From positions 14-64,013 of the forward strand of contig CAVOVX010000007.1 of the NCBI GenBank assembly GCA_963699965.1: a DNA stretch of 64,000 nucleotides, read 5' to 3'. Shown here in pieces: positions 37,098-46,540 of the stretch. The notes below the pieces were generated by a model. That model saw only the letters and a list, made by a program, of their open reading frames with translations, ran no database searches and had not been told where the DNA came from. Each line of letters starts with the position of its first letter. Within the stretch, counting starts at the first letter, position 1. The position numbers were made by a program, and so were the translations under genes. Origin of the DNA: an uncultured Chloroflexia bacterium (GTDB lineage: Bacteria; Chloroflexota; Limnocylindria; Limnocylindrales; CSP1-4).

Positions 37098-38477
37098 TCA
37101 GAGCACGTCCCGATACTCCTGGAGGAACGACGCCGTGGCCTCGACCAACTGGTCGACGTCGTCCTCGGTATGGGCACCGGTCAGGAACCCCCGGATCATG
37201 TAGTGCGGGTGGACGTAGATCCCCCGCTCGAGGAGCCAGTCCCGGTAGCCGCGCTGGACGGGGTGGTTCTTGTCCATCGCGAACCGGGCGAAGTCCCGGA
37301 AGCGTCGGATCGGCTCGTCGGTGAAGTAGATCGTCCAGACCCCGGCGATCGCGCGGACCTGTGCCCGCGCGCCGGTCTCATCGATGGCGGCCTGGATGCC
37401 CGAGGTCAGCCGATCACCGAGCCGGGCCAGGTGCTCGTGGATCGTTCCCTCGAGCACGATCCGCGTCACTTCGAGCGCGACCGCACAGTTCAGCACCTGG
37501 CCGGCGAACGTCCCGGCGAACAGGACGTCGCCCTTGGGGCCGAGGTGGTCCATGACGTCGGCTCGGCCGGCGAGCACCGAGATCGGGAAGCCGTTGCCGA
37601 TGGCCTTGCCCATCGTCGTGAGATCGGGCGTCACCCCATACCGGCCCTGAGCTCCGCCGGGACCGTGGCGGAAGCCGGTGATGACCTCATCGAAGATGAG
37701 GAGCGAGCCGGACGCCGTGCACGCCTCGCGCAGCGTCTCGAGGAAGCCAGGCTCGGGCATGACCGCACCGGCGTTGTGGAAGACGGGCTCCAGGATGACC
37801 GCCGCGATCGTCTCGCCGTCCTCGGCGAGAAGCTCCCGGACACCGGCCGAATCGTTGTACTCGCGGACCTCGACGAGGTCCCGGATGGCAGCCGGGATCC
37901 CGGCCGACGCGGCGATCGGCGTGGGTACCCCGCCGCCCTCGTCCGTCGCGAAGTGATGGCTCCACGCCACGTAGTCGTGCCAGCCGTGGTAGTTGCCCTC
38001 GAATTTCAGGATCCGTTCCCGCCCGGTGAAGCCGCGGGCCAGGCGGATCGCGTGGTAGGTCGCCTCGGTGCCCGTGCAGCTGAACACCACCCGCTCCGCG
38101 GACGGGATCATCGCGATGAGCCGCTCGGCAAGCTCCACCTCGAGCGGATTGGCCGTCGAGAACGACACGCCGTGCTCGTCCATCGCCCGGCGAACGGCGG
38201 CATTGATCCGCGCGTCGTTGTGCCCCAGCAGGACCGCCCCAAACGACGAGTGGAAGTCGATGAACTCGTTGCCGTCGACATCCCAGATCCGCGACCCCTG
38301 GGCACGGGTCATGAACAGGGGATAGGGGCTCGCGCTCCGTCCTTCGCCCTGGACGCCGCCAGGTGACACGGCAGTCGCCCGGGCAAAGAGCTTCTCGGAC
38401 TCCGTCGTCGTGACGGGCCAGCCCGACGCCGCCGGTCGGGTGGCCGCTCCACTTCGGGTCGGGTCGACGGTCGTCAC
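37098..38477 (-). CDS. Class III (aspartate aminotransferase superfamily, GSA-aminomutase-like) PLP aminotransferase, intact
   Basis: 459-aa ORF with GSRIWDVDGNEFIDFHSSFGAVLLGH, VVFSCTGTEATYHAIRLAR, ILEPVFHNAG, LLIFDEVITGFRHG and DLTTMGKAIGNGFP (PLP lysine). Confidence 0.85.
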   Translation of the reverse strand: MTTVDPTRSGAATRPAASGWPVTTTESEKLFARATAVSPGGVQGEGRSASPYPLFMTRAQGSRIWDVDGNEFIDFHSSFGAVLLGHNDARINAAVRRAMDEHGVSFSTANPLEVELAERLIAMIPSAERVVFSCTGTEATYHAIRLARGFTGRERILKFEGNYHGWHDYVAWSHHFATDEGGGVPTPIAASAGIPAAIRDLVEVREYNDSAGVRELLAEDGETIAAVILEPVFHNAGAVMPEPGFLETLREACTASGSLLIFDEVITGFRHGPGGAQGRYGVTPDLTTMGKAIGNGFPISVLAGRADVMDHLGPKGDVLFAGTFAGQVLNCAVALEVTRIVLEGTIHEHLARLGDRLTSGIQAAIDETGARAQVRAIAGVWTIYFTDEPIRRFRDFARFAMDKNHPVQRGYRDWLLERGIYVHPHYMIRGFLTGAHTEDDVDQLVEATASFLQEYRDVL

Positions 38478-38497
38478 GGTGCCTCCAATCCTCGATG

Positions 38498-39688
38498 TCA
38501 GAGCCCGGCGGGCAGCACGACTGCCGTGCGGGTGCCGCTCGCTGCCGCCTCGTACAGCGCGTCGAGGACGGCGCTGTCACGAACGCCATCCGAGAAGTCG
38601 GCGGAGCCCGGCCGGCCGCCCGCGATGGCGTCGACGAACTCGGCCCACATTGCGCACTCCTGGCCGAGCCAGCCGATCGACGTTCCATCGGTGCCGGCGA
38701 TGAGCAGCTCAGGCGCGCCCGGGTGGGCGGGGTTCACGAGGACCCGCCGGAAGCCGAACGTGAACGGGTCGCCGGGCAGGCAGACCCGGAACTCATCCGG
38801 TCGCTCGAGGTCCCAGTCCGCGGATCCGCGCGAGCCGAACACCTCGAGCTGGAGCGAGATCCGCTTGCCGATCGCGACGCGGCTCGCCTCGAGCACCCCA
38901 TAGGCGCCGCTCTCGAAGGTCACGAGCGCCGCCGCCGCGTCCTCGACGTCGACCGGTCCGGTCTCGCCCCGGCCCGATCGGGCGGCGTCGCCGCCGCGGT
39001 TGCCGACCGCATCGGCGCCGGGGAGCGGTCGCTCGGCGATGAACGTCGCCGCCAATGCCTGCACGGTCACGATCTCCCCGACCAGGAATCGGGCGCAATC
39101 GACGAGGTGATACCCGGTGTCGATCGCGATCCCGCCACCGGCGAACCGCTTCTGGAATCGCCACAGGAGCGGAACGTCTGGATCGGCGGCGTAGTCGAGC
39201 ATGAAGGCTGCCCGGATGCTGCGGATCGTTCCGAGCTCGCCCTCGCGGATGAGCCGCTCGATGGCGCGGACGGCGGGCGACCAGCGATAGCCCGCCCCGA
39301 GGCCGTGGAACACCCGCGCCGCTCGACAGGCACGAAGCATCAGGGCGGCGTCCTCGGCCGACTCGGCCATCGGCTTCTCACACACGATGTGCTTCCCGGC
39401 GGCGGCGGCGGCGAGCACGATGTCGCGGTTCAGGGCGGGCGGCAGGCAGACGACGACGAGATCGATATCGGCCGCGGCGATGACCGCATCGGCGTCGTCG
39501 GCGACCCGCTCGTAGCCGAAACGATCGGCCAGGCTGGTCGCGAGGCCCCGGTTCACGTCGGCCACCGCGACGAGGCGCGGTCGACGTGGGAGCTGCCGGT
39601 AGAGGGCCGCGAGGTTTGCCAGGGCCGCGCTGTGCGCACCGGCCATCGTGCCGGCCCCGATCATCCCGATCCGCAGCTCGTCGGTCAT
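38498..39688 (-). CDS. Gfo/Idh/MocA family oxidoreductase, intact
   Basis: 396-aa ORF with LRIGMIGAGTMAGAHSAAL, DLVVVCLPPALNRDIVLAAAAAGKHIVCEKPMA and GGIAIDTGYHLVDCARFLVG. Confidence 0.85.
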   Translation of the reverse strand: MTDELRIGMIGAGTMAGAHSAALANLAALYRQLPRRPRLVAVADVNRGLATSLADRFGYERVADDADAVIAAADIDLVVVCLPPALNRDIVLAAAAAGKHIVCEKPMAESAEDAALMLRACRAARVFHGLGAGYRWSPAVRAIERLIREGELGTIRSIRAAFMLDYAADPDVPLLWRFQKRFAGGGIAIDTGYHLVDCARFLVGEIVTVQALAATFIAERPLPGADAVGNRGGDAARSGRGETGPVDVEDAAAALVTFESGAYGVLEASRVAIGKRISLQLEVFGSRGSADWDLERPDEFRVCLPGDPFTFGFRRVLVNPAHPGAPELLIAGTDGTSIGWLGQECAMWAEFVDAIAGGRPGSADFSDGVRDSAVLDALYEAAASGTRTAVVLPAGL

Positions 39689-39806
39689 CGAAGCTCCAGA
39701 TCCGTGCGTCGGCCAGGTTGACCGGGCCAGAGCGTATCAAATGCGGGAACGATTGCACACGCCCCGGCTGGACGCTGGCCGGAGGCAGGTCGCCGAGAGG
39801 CGACCG

Positions 39807-40733
39807 TCAGGCGATCAGGGGCCGGATGAAGGCGGCGGCCTCCTCGACGCCTTCCACCGCGGGCTGATACGGATCCTCGTTCTCGATCGAGAGCGGGCCG
39901 TCGTAGCCCACCGACCGAAGAGCGGCGATGAACGAAGACCACCACGTTCGGTCATGGATGCGACCGACGGTTCGGAAGACCCACGCCCGATCGCGAGCGT
40001 CGCCAAACGCCGTCGTATCGAGCACGCCCGCCAGCGCCAGGCGATCGGGCTGCAGGCCGGTGTCCTTGAGGTGGACGTGCTGGATGGCCGTCCCGAGGGC
40101 CGCGATCGCGGCCAGCGGGTCCATCTGCTGCCAGAACAGGTGCGACGGGTCCATGTTCGCGCCGATGACCGGGCCGACGGCCTCGCGCATCCGACGCAGG
40201 GTCGGGACGTTGAACACGAGGTGGAGGGGATGGAGCTCGAAGGCGATCTGCTTGACCCCGCACGCGGTGGCGTGGGCCGCCATGTCCTGCCAGAAGGGGA
40301 TCGCCGCGTCCCACTGGCGGGCCTGGAGGGCGACGGCGTCGGCGGGCCAGGGGTAGAACACCCAGTCGACCGTGGTGGCACCCGGTCCGTCACCGGGCGT
40401 GCCGGACATCGAGACGACCGTTTCGACGCCGAGCTCACCGGCTAGCCGGATCGTGTCCCGGATGATCCGCTCCTGGGCGGGCCCGTGGGCCGGATGGAGC
40501 GGCCAGGCGGAGCAGTTGAGGGCCGCGATGCGCAGCCCGCGGGTCGCGAATGCACTGGCGAACGCCGTCCGCTTGCCCCGGTCGCCCAGGAGCACTCCGA
40601 GCTCGAGGTGGGGCGCCGAGGACTGGCCACCGCCGGCGATCTCGATCGAGCCGCAGCCGATCCGCGCCGCGAGGTCGAGGGCGGCCTCGAACGACAGCTC
40701 GGCCACCGAGTCCGTGTACAGGCACAGGTCCAA
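39807..40733 (-). CDS. Sugar phosphate isomerase/epimerase (xylose isomerase-like TIM barrel), intact
   Basis: 308-aa ORF with GCGSIEIAGGG, IAFELHPLHLV, GANMDPSHLFWQ, HVHLKD and GYDGPLSIENED. Confidence 0.85.
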   Translation of the reverse strand: MDLCLYTDSVAELSFEAALDLAARIGCGSIEIAGGGQSSAPHLELGVLLGDRGKRTAFASAFATRGLRIAALNCSAWPLHPAHGPAQERIIRDTIRLAGELGVETVVSMSGTPGDGPGATTVDWVFYPWPADAVALQARQWDAAIPFWQDMAAHATACGVKQIAFELHPLHLVFNVPTLRRMREAVGPVIGANMDPSHLFWQQMDPLAAIAALGTAIQHVHLKDTGLQPDRLALAGVLDTTAFGDARDRAWVFRTVGRIHDRTWWSSFIAALRSVGYDGPLSIENEDPYQPAVEGVEEAAAFIRPLIA

Positions 40734-40804
40734 GGCATGACTCCGTCTACGGGGCGCTGGCCGACCCGACGCGCGGCCCGTTCAGCCGGGGCAGCGCTCG
40801 GGCA

Positions 40805-41905
40805 TCAGGACCGGAGGTCCGGGTTGGGCAGGACGGCGTCGCCGACCTGGTGGAGGAGCTCGTGGTACGAGGCGATGAAGGCCCGGAGCGTGCGGACGGT
40901 CGGCGGGAATCCGTCGAACTCGTCGACAGTCAGTCCATCCGGTTCATAGGCCCGCACGAAGTCGGGAAAGTGGCGGGCCAGCTCGCCGACGATCGCCGGG
41001 TCGACCGGTTCGTCCATGCGCGGGCGAACCTCCACGTCGGAGGCGTTGAAGCGGCGTTGCCAGACGGACGGCAGGGTGACGATGACGTCGCCGCCGATGA
41101 GCTGGCTCCAGTGGTAGTGGTGGCGGATCGCAGCGCCGAGCAGCCGCGCCCGGAGGCCGCGCGTCCGGAAGATTTCGTACGCCCGCTTGAACACCGCGAC
41201 CCCCGACCAGGGCAGGGCGACCGGATCGACGACGATCCCGTCGCGCTCGGTCTGGACCCGGAGCCAGTCCTCGATCCGGCCCATCATGATCGTGATGACC
41301 GGACCCATCCGGTCCACCGGCAGGCCCTCGTTCTGGCGCCGCTGGAGGCCACGCTCGACGGCCTCGGCCGCCGCGACGGCCTGGCTGACGCTGAAGCTCA
41401 CGGTGCAGTTGACGCTCACCCCGCGATAGGTCGCCTCTTCCATGACCGCGATCCCGACCGAGGTCGCCGGGAACTTCACCACGATGTTCGGGGCGAGCCC
41501 GTCGAACCGGACGCCCTGGGCGAGCATCTGGTCGGGCGTTCGCCAGAAGGTCGGGTTCGTCTGGACCGACAATCGACCCTGGCGCCCCTCGAACCGATCG
41601 AATGCAGGGAGCAGGAGCGGAGCGGCCCGGACCGACATCGCCTCCACGATCGCCCAGGCCAGATCGACTTCGGTCCACCCGGGATGCTCCGTCGCCAGGC
41701 CCGCCGTCACGGCCCGCCAGTACGCCGGATCCGCCTTCCAGACGTCGTGGACGATCGTCGGATTGGCCGTCGCGCCGACCGCACCGTTCGCGATCGCGTA
41801 CTCCAGCTCGTCGACGGCGCACGAATCGTTCCAGATGTCCGTTGCGGTCTCGGCCACCGTTCGGGCTAACGGGCTGAGCGCGGTCGTGTCCACCTGGCTA
41901 CCCAT
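40805..41905 (-). CDS. tal: Transaldolase family protein, intact
   Basis: 366-aa ORF with DIWNDSC, GATANPTIV, GRLSVQTNP, NIVVKFPATSVGI (Schiff-base lysine context) and GVSVNCTVSFS. Confidence 0.8.
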   Translation of the reverse strand: MGSQVDTTALSPLARTVAETATDIWNDSCAVDELEYAIANGAVGATANPTIVHDVWKADPAYWRAVTAGLATEHPGWTEVDLAWAIVEAMSVRAAPLLLPAFDRFEGRQGRLSVQTNPTFWRTPDQMLAQGVRFDGLAPNIVVKFPATSVGIAVMEEATYRGVSVNCTVSFSVSQAVAAAEAVERGLQRRQNEGLPVDRMGPVITIMMGRIEDWLRVQTERDGIVVDPVALPWSGVAVFKRAYEIFRTRGLRARLLGAAIRHHYHWSQLIGGDVIVTLPSVWQRRFNASDVEVRPRMDEPVDPAIVGELARHFPDFVRAYEPDGLTVDEFDGFPPTVRTLRAFIASYHELLHQVGDAVLPNPDLRS

Positions 41906-42203
41906 CGACCGACACGAGAATCGGCCCGGCGTCGGTCTCCATCTCGATGTGCTGACGAACGCCTGCAGCCGCGAGCCAGTCGCGGAACCGTTCCGCCCCC
42001 GGCGTGCCCTGGTCGGCCAATTCCCATTCGGCGACGGCGATGGTCGTTCGCGGTCCCGCGCGCATCAGCCGATAGCGGACGAACCCGGGTTGCGCTCGGA
42101 ACACCGTGCTGCCGTCCCGGGCGATGAGCTCCACGAGGTCACGGCCCGCCTCGCTGTCCAGGTCGACATCCCAGGTCGCACGCGTCGTGCGCAGGTACCT
42201 CAT
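41898..42203 (-). CDS. Small ABM/Dabb-fold (antibiotic biosynthesis monooxygenase-like) protein; first gene of the minus-strand operon
   Basis: 101-aa ORF whose end overlaps the transaldolase start by 8 nt. GFVRYRLMRAGPRTTIAVAEWELADQ is reminiscent of the ABM fold; the assignment is weak. Confidence 0.45.
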   Translation of the reverse strand: MRYLRTTRATWDVDLDSEAGRDLVELIARDGSTVFRAQPGFVRYRLMRAGPRTTIAVAEWELADQGTPGAERFRDWLAAAGVRQHIEMETDAGPILVSVDG

Positions 42204-42245
42204 GTCGCATTCTAGGCTCGGCGCGATGGCTCAGAGAGGCGCGCG

Positions 42246-42695
42246 TCAGCGAGCGCGACCCTCGCCCAGGGTGGCGACCGACCTGGCGATCCGCCGCTGG
42301 CGCGTCTCGTCGGTCTTGGCGCCCTCGACCTGGAGGACGTGCCATTGCCGGTTGCTGTACGACAGGCCGTCAAACGTGCGCCTGGCTGGAGGCTCGGCGT
42401 CGAGCGCCGCCGCGAAGTCAGCCGGCACGGTCACCTCGCGCGGTGCGCTATCGAGCTCGATGTCGACGTCGACCTCGTCGCCGCCGGCGACACCGGCTCC
42501 GGCCCGGTGCTGGGCGCTCACGCCGACCCAGAACTCGCCGCCCATCACGGCGATCGTGTTGCGATAGGTGTAGCCCTTGATCGTCACCCGGACCGGTGGG
42601 CGCTTGCCCGCCCCGAGTCCCTCGACGATCTCGTCAGGCACCCGGATCCCGGTGGCCGTGCCGTCGCTCTGATGGATGGTCGTGCGGAATCGCAT
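42246..42695 (-). CDS. DUF1905 plus YdeI/OmpD-associated domain protein
   Basis: GAGGAG RBS. MRFRTTIHQSDGTATGIRVPDEIVEGLGAGKRPPVRVTIKGYTYRNTIAVMGGEFWVGVS...FDGLSYSNRQWHVLQVEGAKTDETRQRRIARSV. Confidence 0.65.
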   Translation of the reverse strand: MRFRTTIHQSDGTATGIRVPDEIVEGLGAGKRPPVRVTIKGYTYRNTIAVMGGEFWVGVSAQHRAGAGVAGGDEVDVDIELDSAPREVTVPADFAAALDAEPPARRTFDGLSYSNRQWHVLQVEGAKTDETRQRRIARSVATLGEGRAR

Positions 42696-42788
42696 CGTGC
42701 CGCTCCTCGAGGTCGTGGTCCGTGTCAAGGGATCGAACACCAGATTGGCGCGGTCGTCTTGCACCTTAGCGGGGTGCGACAGTAGTCG

Positions 42789-43367
42789 ATGAAGCGCATT
42801 GGCCGCTTCGCGCATCTGGTAGACATGAGCGGGATCGCACCGAGTGCGGCGATCGAGCGGTCGGACGTCGAGCTGGCGGCCGAGGGTGACGAGAACGCCT
42901 TCGCCCGGCTCGTCGCGGTGCACCACGCCGACATGGCGCGGGTCGCGTACGTCGTCACCGGCGATGGCGCTCTGGCCGAGGACGCCGTCCAGTCGGCCTG
43001 GGTCATCGCCTGGGAGAAGCTCCCGTCGCTTCGGGATCCGCTGCGCGTCCGCTCGTGGCTCCTTTCGATCGTCGTCAACGAGGCCCGCCAGATCGTTCGT
43101 CGTCGGCGGCGGGTCACGATCGTCGAGATCGACTCGGAGCTCACGGCCGCCCAACAAGCCGACCCGGCCACCACGATCGCCCGCCTGGATCTCGTCCGGG
43201 CGCTCGGGCAGATCTCTCCAGACGATCGCGCTCTCCTCGCGCTCCGCTACGTCATGGGCCTCGATGCGGCCGAGCTCGGGGAGCTGACCGGTCGATCGGC
43301 CTCCGGAACCCGGGCCCGCCTGTCCCGGCTCACGGCTCGTCTCCGACAGGAGCTCGGCCATGATTGA
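42789..43367 (+). CDS. ECF-type RNA polymerase sigma-70 family factor
   Basis: FARLVAVHHADMARVAYVVTGDGALAEDAVQSAWVIAWEKL (region 2) and LGQISPDDRALLALRYVMGLDAAELGELTGRSASGTRARLSRL (region 4). The start could instead be ATG 42825. Confidence 0.85.
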   Translation: MKRIGRFAHLVDMSGIAPSAAIERSDVELAAEGDENAFARLVAVHHADMARVAYVVTGDGALAEDAVQSAWVIAWEKLPSLRDPLRVRSWLLSIVVNEARQIVRRRRRVTIVEIDSELTAAQQADPATTIARLDLVRALGQISPDDRALLALRYVMGLDAAELGELTGRSASGTRARLSRLTARLRQELGHD

Positions 43368-44502
43368 GCGCAACGCCTTCGACCGCCGCCTCGCGGACGC
43401 CCTGCTCGACTACGCATTGGAGGCTCCGACTGAGATCGATCCGCTCGATCTCGCTCGGTCCGTGGCGCGCAGCCATCCGAGGACGTCGGGCTGGTCGCGG
43501 ATCGTCCGAGGCCATCCGCTGCTGGCCTGGGCTGTTCTCGGCACGATCCTCCTGCTCGCCTCGATGCTCGCGCTCGCTGTCGTGGGTGCGGTCTGGAAGC
43601 ACGCCGATCCCGTCACGATCGACCAGCGGATGCTCGTGAGCGACGAGTTGTACGGAGACTGGCAATCCGAGATTCCGGCTGCCGGATTGACCGTGCCGGC
43701 CGGCCGCTACCGAATGAACCTCGGTGCCGTCCCGCTCATCAGCGGCCCAGACAACCTTCCCCTCGAGTGGGTCGGCCGCGTGACCAGGTTCTCGTCAATC
43801 GGACCTGGAGCCTGGGAGCTGGAAGTCATGTCGCAGGGGTCGTGCGGCGACGGGCGGTACGTCGTTCGCCGCTACGGCGACGGGCTGCGCTTCACCGACC
43901 CGATCGACACCTGCCAAGGTCGCGCCGCGATCCTGGTTGGCGCGTTGATCTGGTCTCGTCCGGAAGCACGAGTGCCCCTGACCGCCGGCGAGATCTATGG
44001 GTCGTGGACGTTTCCGGAGCCGTTCCACTTCATCATGCCCGCGATCCAGGCCATCATGGATCCCGACGATCAGCATGGGGTCCTGCACGTCCAGCACGGC
44101 TGTTGCTGGGTGATGACGTTCCTCGACGACGTCCAGCTACGCCTCGACGATTGCGATCCGACCCGGACCCTGCCTGACGTTCCCGCAACGCCCGAGGCCG
44201 TTGGTGAGTGGCTGCGGTCGAGCCCAGGAATGATCGTCTCCGACCCGGTCGCGATCACTGTCGACGGTCGGACCGCGCTCCGCTTTGACGTGCGGCGCAC
44301 GACAACGTCATGCCATCAGCCCGCGACTCCAGTCCAGGTCCCAAACCTGATGCTGGGGGACGGCAATTCGTCCTCCAGCCAGATCTTCGCCATTCCGACG
44401 GACGACGACGTGATCCTCCTCGTGGCCTGGGCAGACCGAGGCAGCCGCTCCGACGTCGAACGCGCGGCCGACCAGATCGTCCGCTCCATGACCTTCGACT
44501 AG
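43360..44502 (+). CDS. Putative anti-sigma factor / membrane sensor: one transmembrane helix and a Cys-containing extracytoplasmic domain
   Basis: The ATG overlaps the sigma stop (ATGA). Short cytoplasmic N-terminus, TM helix LLAWAVLGTILLLASMLALAVVGAV, about 300 aa outside. No HxxxCxxC zinc motif seen. Confidence 0.5.
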   Translation: MIERNAFDRRLADALLDYALEAPTEIDPLDLARSVARSHPRTSGWSRIVRGHPLLAWAVLGTILLLASMLALAVVGAVWKHADPVTIDQRMLVSDELYGDWQSEIPAAGLTVPAGRYRMNLGAVPLISGPDNLPLEWVGRVTRFSSIGPGAWELEVMSQGSCGDGRYVVRRYGDGLRFTDPIDTCQGRAAILVGALIWSRPEARVPLTAGEIYGSWTFPEPFHFIMPAIQAIMDPDDQHGVLHVQHGCCWVMTFLDDVQLRLDDCDPTRTLPDVPATPEAVGEWLRSSPGMIVSDPVAITVDGRTALRFDVRRTTTSCHQPATPVQVPNLMLGDGNSSSSQIFAIPTDDDVILLVAWADRGSRSDVERAADQIVRSMTFD

Positions 44503-44512
44503 GGACTGTGAG

Positions 44513-45286
44513 GTGACCCTCATGAACACGTCGGGCCGGATCTCGCTGGGTGGAGCCGCGCTTGTCACGGCGATCGTCGTGATCGCGTGCTCGTCCAGCG
44601 AGGCCGTGACGAGCCCTCCAGGAACTGCGCCCCTCGCCGGCCCAGCCTCGTCCGGCAGCCCATCACCGACTCCGACGAGTCCACGACCGACTTCGACGCC
44701 GCTGGCACTCCCGAACGATGCGCCGGTCGCGCCCGGGTCGTACATCCTGGCCGCTGACAACCCCAACGGCGTGGCGCCGCTCCGGATCGCGTTCGACGTA
44801 CCGGCGGAGGGCTGGGACTCGTGGGGTCCCGGGATCAGCAAGGACGGCGGCGGGCTCGTTGGGATCGGCTTCCTGGCAGTCGCGAACCTGTACAAGGACC
44901 CATGCCATCGGAACCAAGGGCGGCTCGACCCAGCGGTGGGTCGAGCCGTAGCCGATCTGGCCGCCGCCCTGGCGAGCCAGCCGGGGATCAGGTCAACGAC
45001 GCCGACCGAGGTTACCCTCGGCGGGTATCCGGGACGCTACGTCGAGCTGAGGGTTGACCCGCCTGTCGCCTTTGCGGATTGCGACGACGACTTCTTCAGC
45101 GCCGGCTGGATCACGACCGGGGGCGACAGCGTGCCCGTGCTCGATCCGGGGCAGGTCTCCGGGTTCTGGATCCTCGACGTCGCGGGGACGAGGCTCGTCG
45201 TGACCACCTTCCATCAGCCTGCGGCATCCGAGCGTGACCGAGCCGAGCTCCAACAGGTGCTGGACTCCATCCGCATCGAGCCCTGA
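44513..45286 (+). CDS. Lipoprotein of unknown function, sharing a domain with 43360-44502 and 46541-48049
   Basis: Signal peptide plus lipobox AALVTAIVVIACSSS, Pro/Ser/Thr-rich linker, then AFDVPAEGWDSW...VTLGGYPGRYVELRV...WILDVAGTRLVVTTFHQPAASERDRAELQQVLDSIRIEP. Confidence 0.55.
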   Translation: MTLMNTSGRISLGGAALVTAIVVIACSSSEAVTSPPGTAPLAGPASSGSPSPTPTSPRPTSTPLALPNDAPVAPGSYILAADNPNGVAPLRIAFDVPAEGWDSWGPGISKDGGGLVGIGFLAVANLYKDPCHRNQGRLDPAVGRAVADLAAALASQPGIRSTTPTEVTLGGYPGRYVELRVDPPVAFADCDDDFFSAGWITTGGDSVPVLDPGQVSGFWILDVAGTRLVVTTFHQPAASERDRAELQQVLDSIRIEP

Positions 45287-45322
45287 GGGCAGCGTCCCCC
45301 AGCCCTGACGTCGTCAGCCCGT

Positions 45323-46444
45323 TCAGCTGGCGGGGGCGAACCGAACCGCGTGGATCTTGGAGTCGGCCGCGACGAAGTCCAGCAGCCGCTCGCCCTCCTC
45401 GGACAGCTCGGCGCGCGTCCTGGCCGTCAACCGATCGAGCGGCTCGATCTCGAGCGTGGCCGAGCCCTTCTCCCGAGCGATCCGCCAGAACCCAGCGACG
45501 AACCCGTCGACGAGGACCGTCGGTCGGCCGAGGCTCGTGACGACCAGGTTGCGGTGCTCGTCCGGGATGATCCTCGACCGGTCGGCGTAGGCCACGAGGA
45601 CGTTGTCGAATTCGGGCAGGAACCGGATCGGGACCGCCGCGTCCGGGTCGGGCAGCGGTCCGTCCGGGACGTCGAGCAGCTCACGGCCGCGCTCGTCGCG
45701 GAACGTTCGCAGGCGCGGCCGCAGGCGTTCGACCATATCGCGCACGCCGTTGAGTCCCGACCACGCGCGGATGTCCGCGATCGAGGCGGGACCGAACGCG
45801 GCCAGGTAGCGTTCGATCGCCCGATCCGGAGCTGGGTCGGGGTCGAGCGGCCGACCGAGCCATGACTCGAGCGTGGTCAGCGCAGCTGGCCCCGACTCCT
45901 TCCACAGGCCACGCGGCGGCACCTGGACGAGTGGGACGAGGTAGCTGATCGAATAGGCCATCGATCCGGGATCCCGATCCGGCCAGCGCTCTCCGAGCAG
46001 GCGAGCGAGCTCGGCACGAGTGCGCGGCCGGTCGGCGAGGATCTCCCGGCCGACGGCCAGCAGCAGCTCGAGGTTCATCCCGGCAACCGGCCGGGCGAAT
46101 GGGCTGCCGGTGTAGAAGCCGCGCTCCATCGCCGCCTGCATGACCGGCCGGAGGGCAAAACTGTCCCGTGCCGTGACGAGATGGAGGGTCGCCCGCATCA
46201 GGCCCATTCGCACGGCGCGCCGGTCCGCAATGGCCCCGGACAGCTCGTCGGGACGGAAGTCGACGAGGCGTGACCAAAGCCCGACGTAGGGTGCCCGGGG
46301 TACCTGGGCCTGCATCCCCACGAGGTGCTCGACCGCCTGGAGGGCGTCCAGCTCCTGGCGTCGGACCAGCAGCTGCCTCTGGAGCAGGGCTCGATTGAGC
46401 GCGCGCGCGGTCAGGACGGTGGTAGATGAATCGACGATCGTCAC
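45323..46444 (-). CDS. Winged-helix DNA-binding domain protein (YcaQ/DUF1006 family, interstrand-crosslink glycosylase-like)
   Basis: 373-aa intact ORF with [55 protein letters not shown] and [18 protein letters not shown]. Confidence 0.7.
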   Translation of the reverse strand: MTIVDSSTTVLTARALNRALLQRQLLVRRQELDALQAVEHLVGMQAQVPRAPYVGLWSRLVDFRPDELSGAIADRRAVRMGLMRATLHLVTARDSFALRPVMQAAMERGFYTGSPFARPVAGMNLELLLAVGREILADRPRTRAELARLLGERWPDRDPGSMAYSISYLVPLVQVPPRGLWKESGPAALTTLESWLGRPLDPDPAPDRAIERYLAAFGPASIADIRAWSGLNGVRDMVERLRPRLRTFRDERGRELLDVPDGPLPDPDAAVPIRFLPEFDNVLVAYADRSRIIPDEHRNLVVTSLGRPTVLVDGFVAGFWRIAREKGSATLEIEPLDRLTARTRAELSEEGERLLDFVAADSKIHAVRFAPAS

Positions 46445-46540
46445 CCCCTGATGGTGGCACGACCGACGGTCAGGAGCTGACCGGAATCAAGGACCGGCTG
46501 TGCACCGCGCCGGAGCAGGTTCGGAGCGATCCCGGGGCGC

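Noticed and set aside
39744-39757. Sixth operator copy (minus strand TGCAATCGTTCCCG)
   Set aside because: Only the left half-site and central CG match, about 10 of 14 positions. It is inside an operon gap rather than at a clear promoter. Kept only as a note under the regulon and operon findings.
42246-43373. 375-aa ORF on the minus strand
   Set aside because: Only the last 149 aa (DUF1905/YdeI, with its own GAGGAG RBS and ATG 42695) look real. The upstream part runs antisense to the ECF sigma gene.
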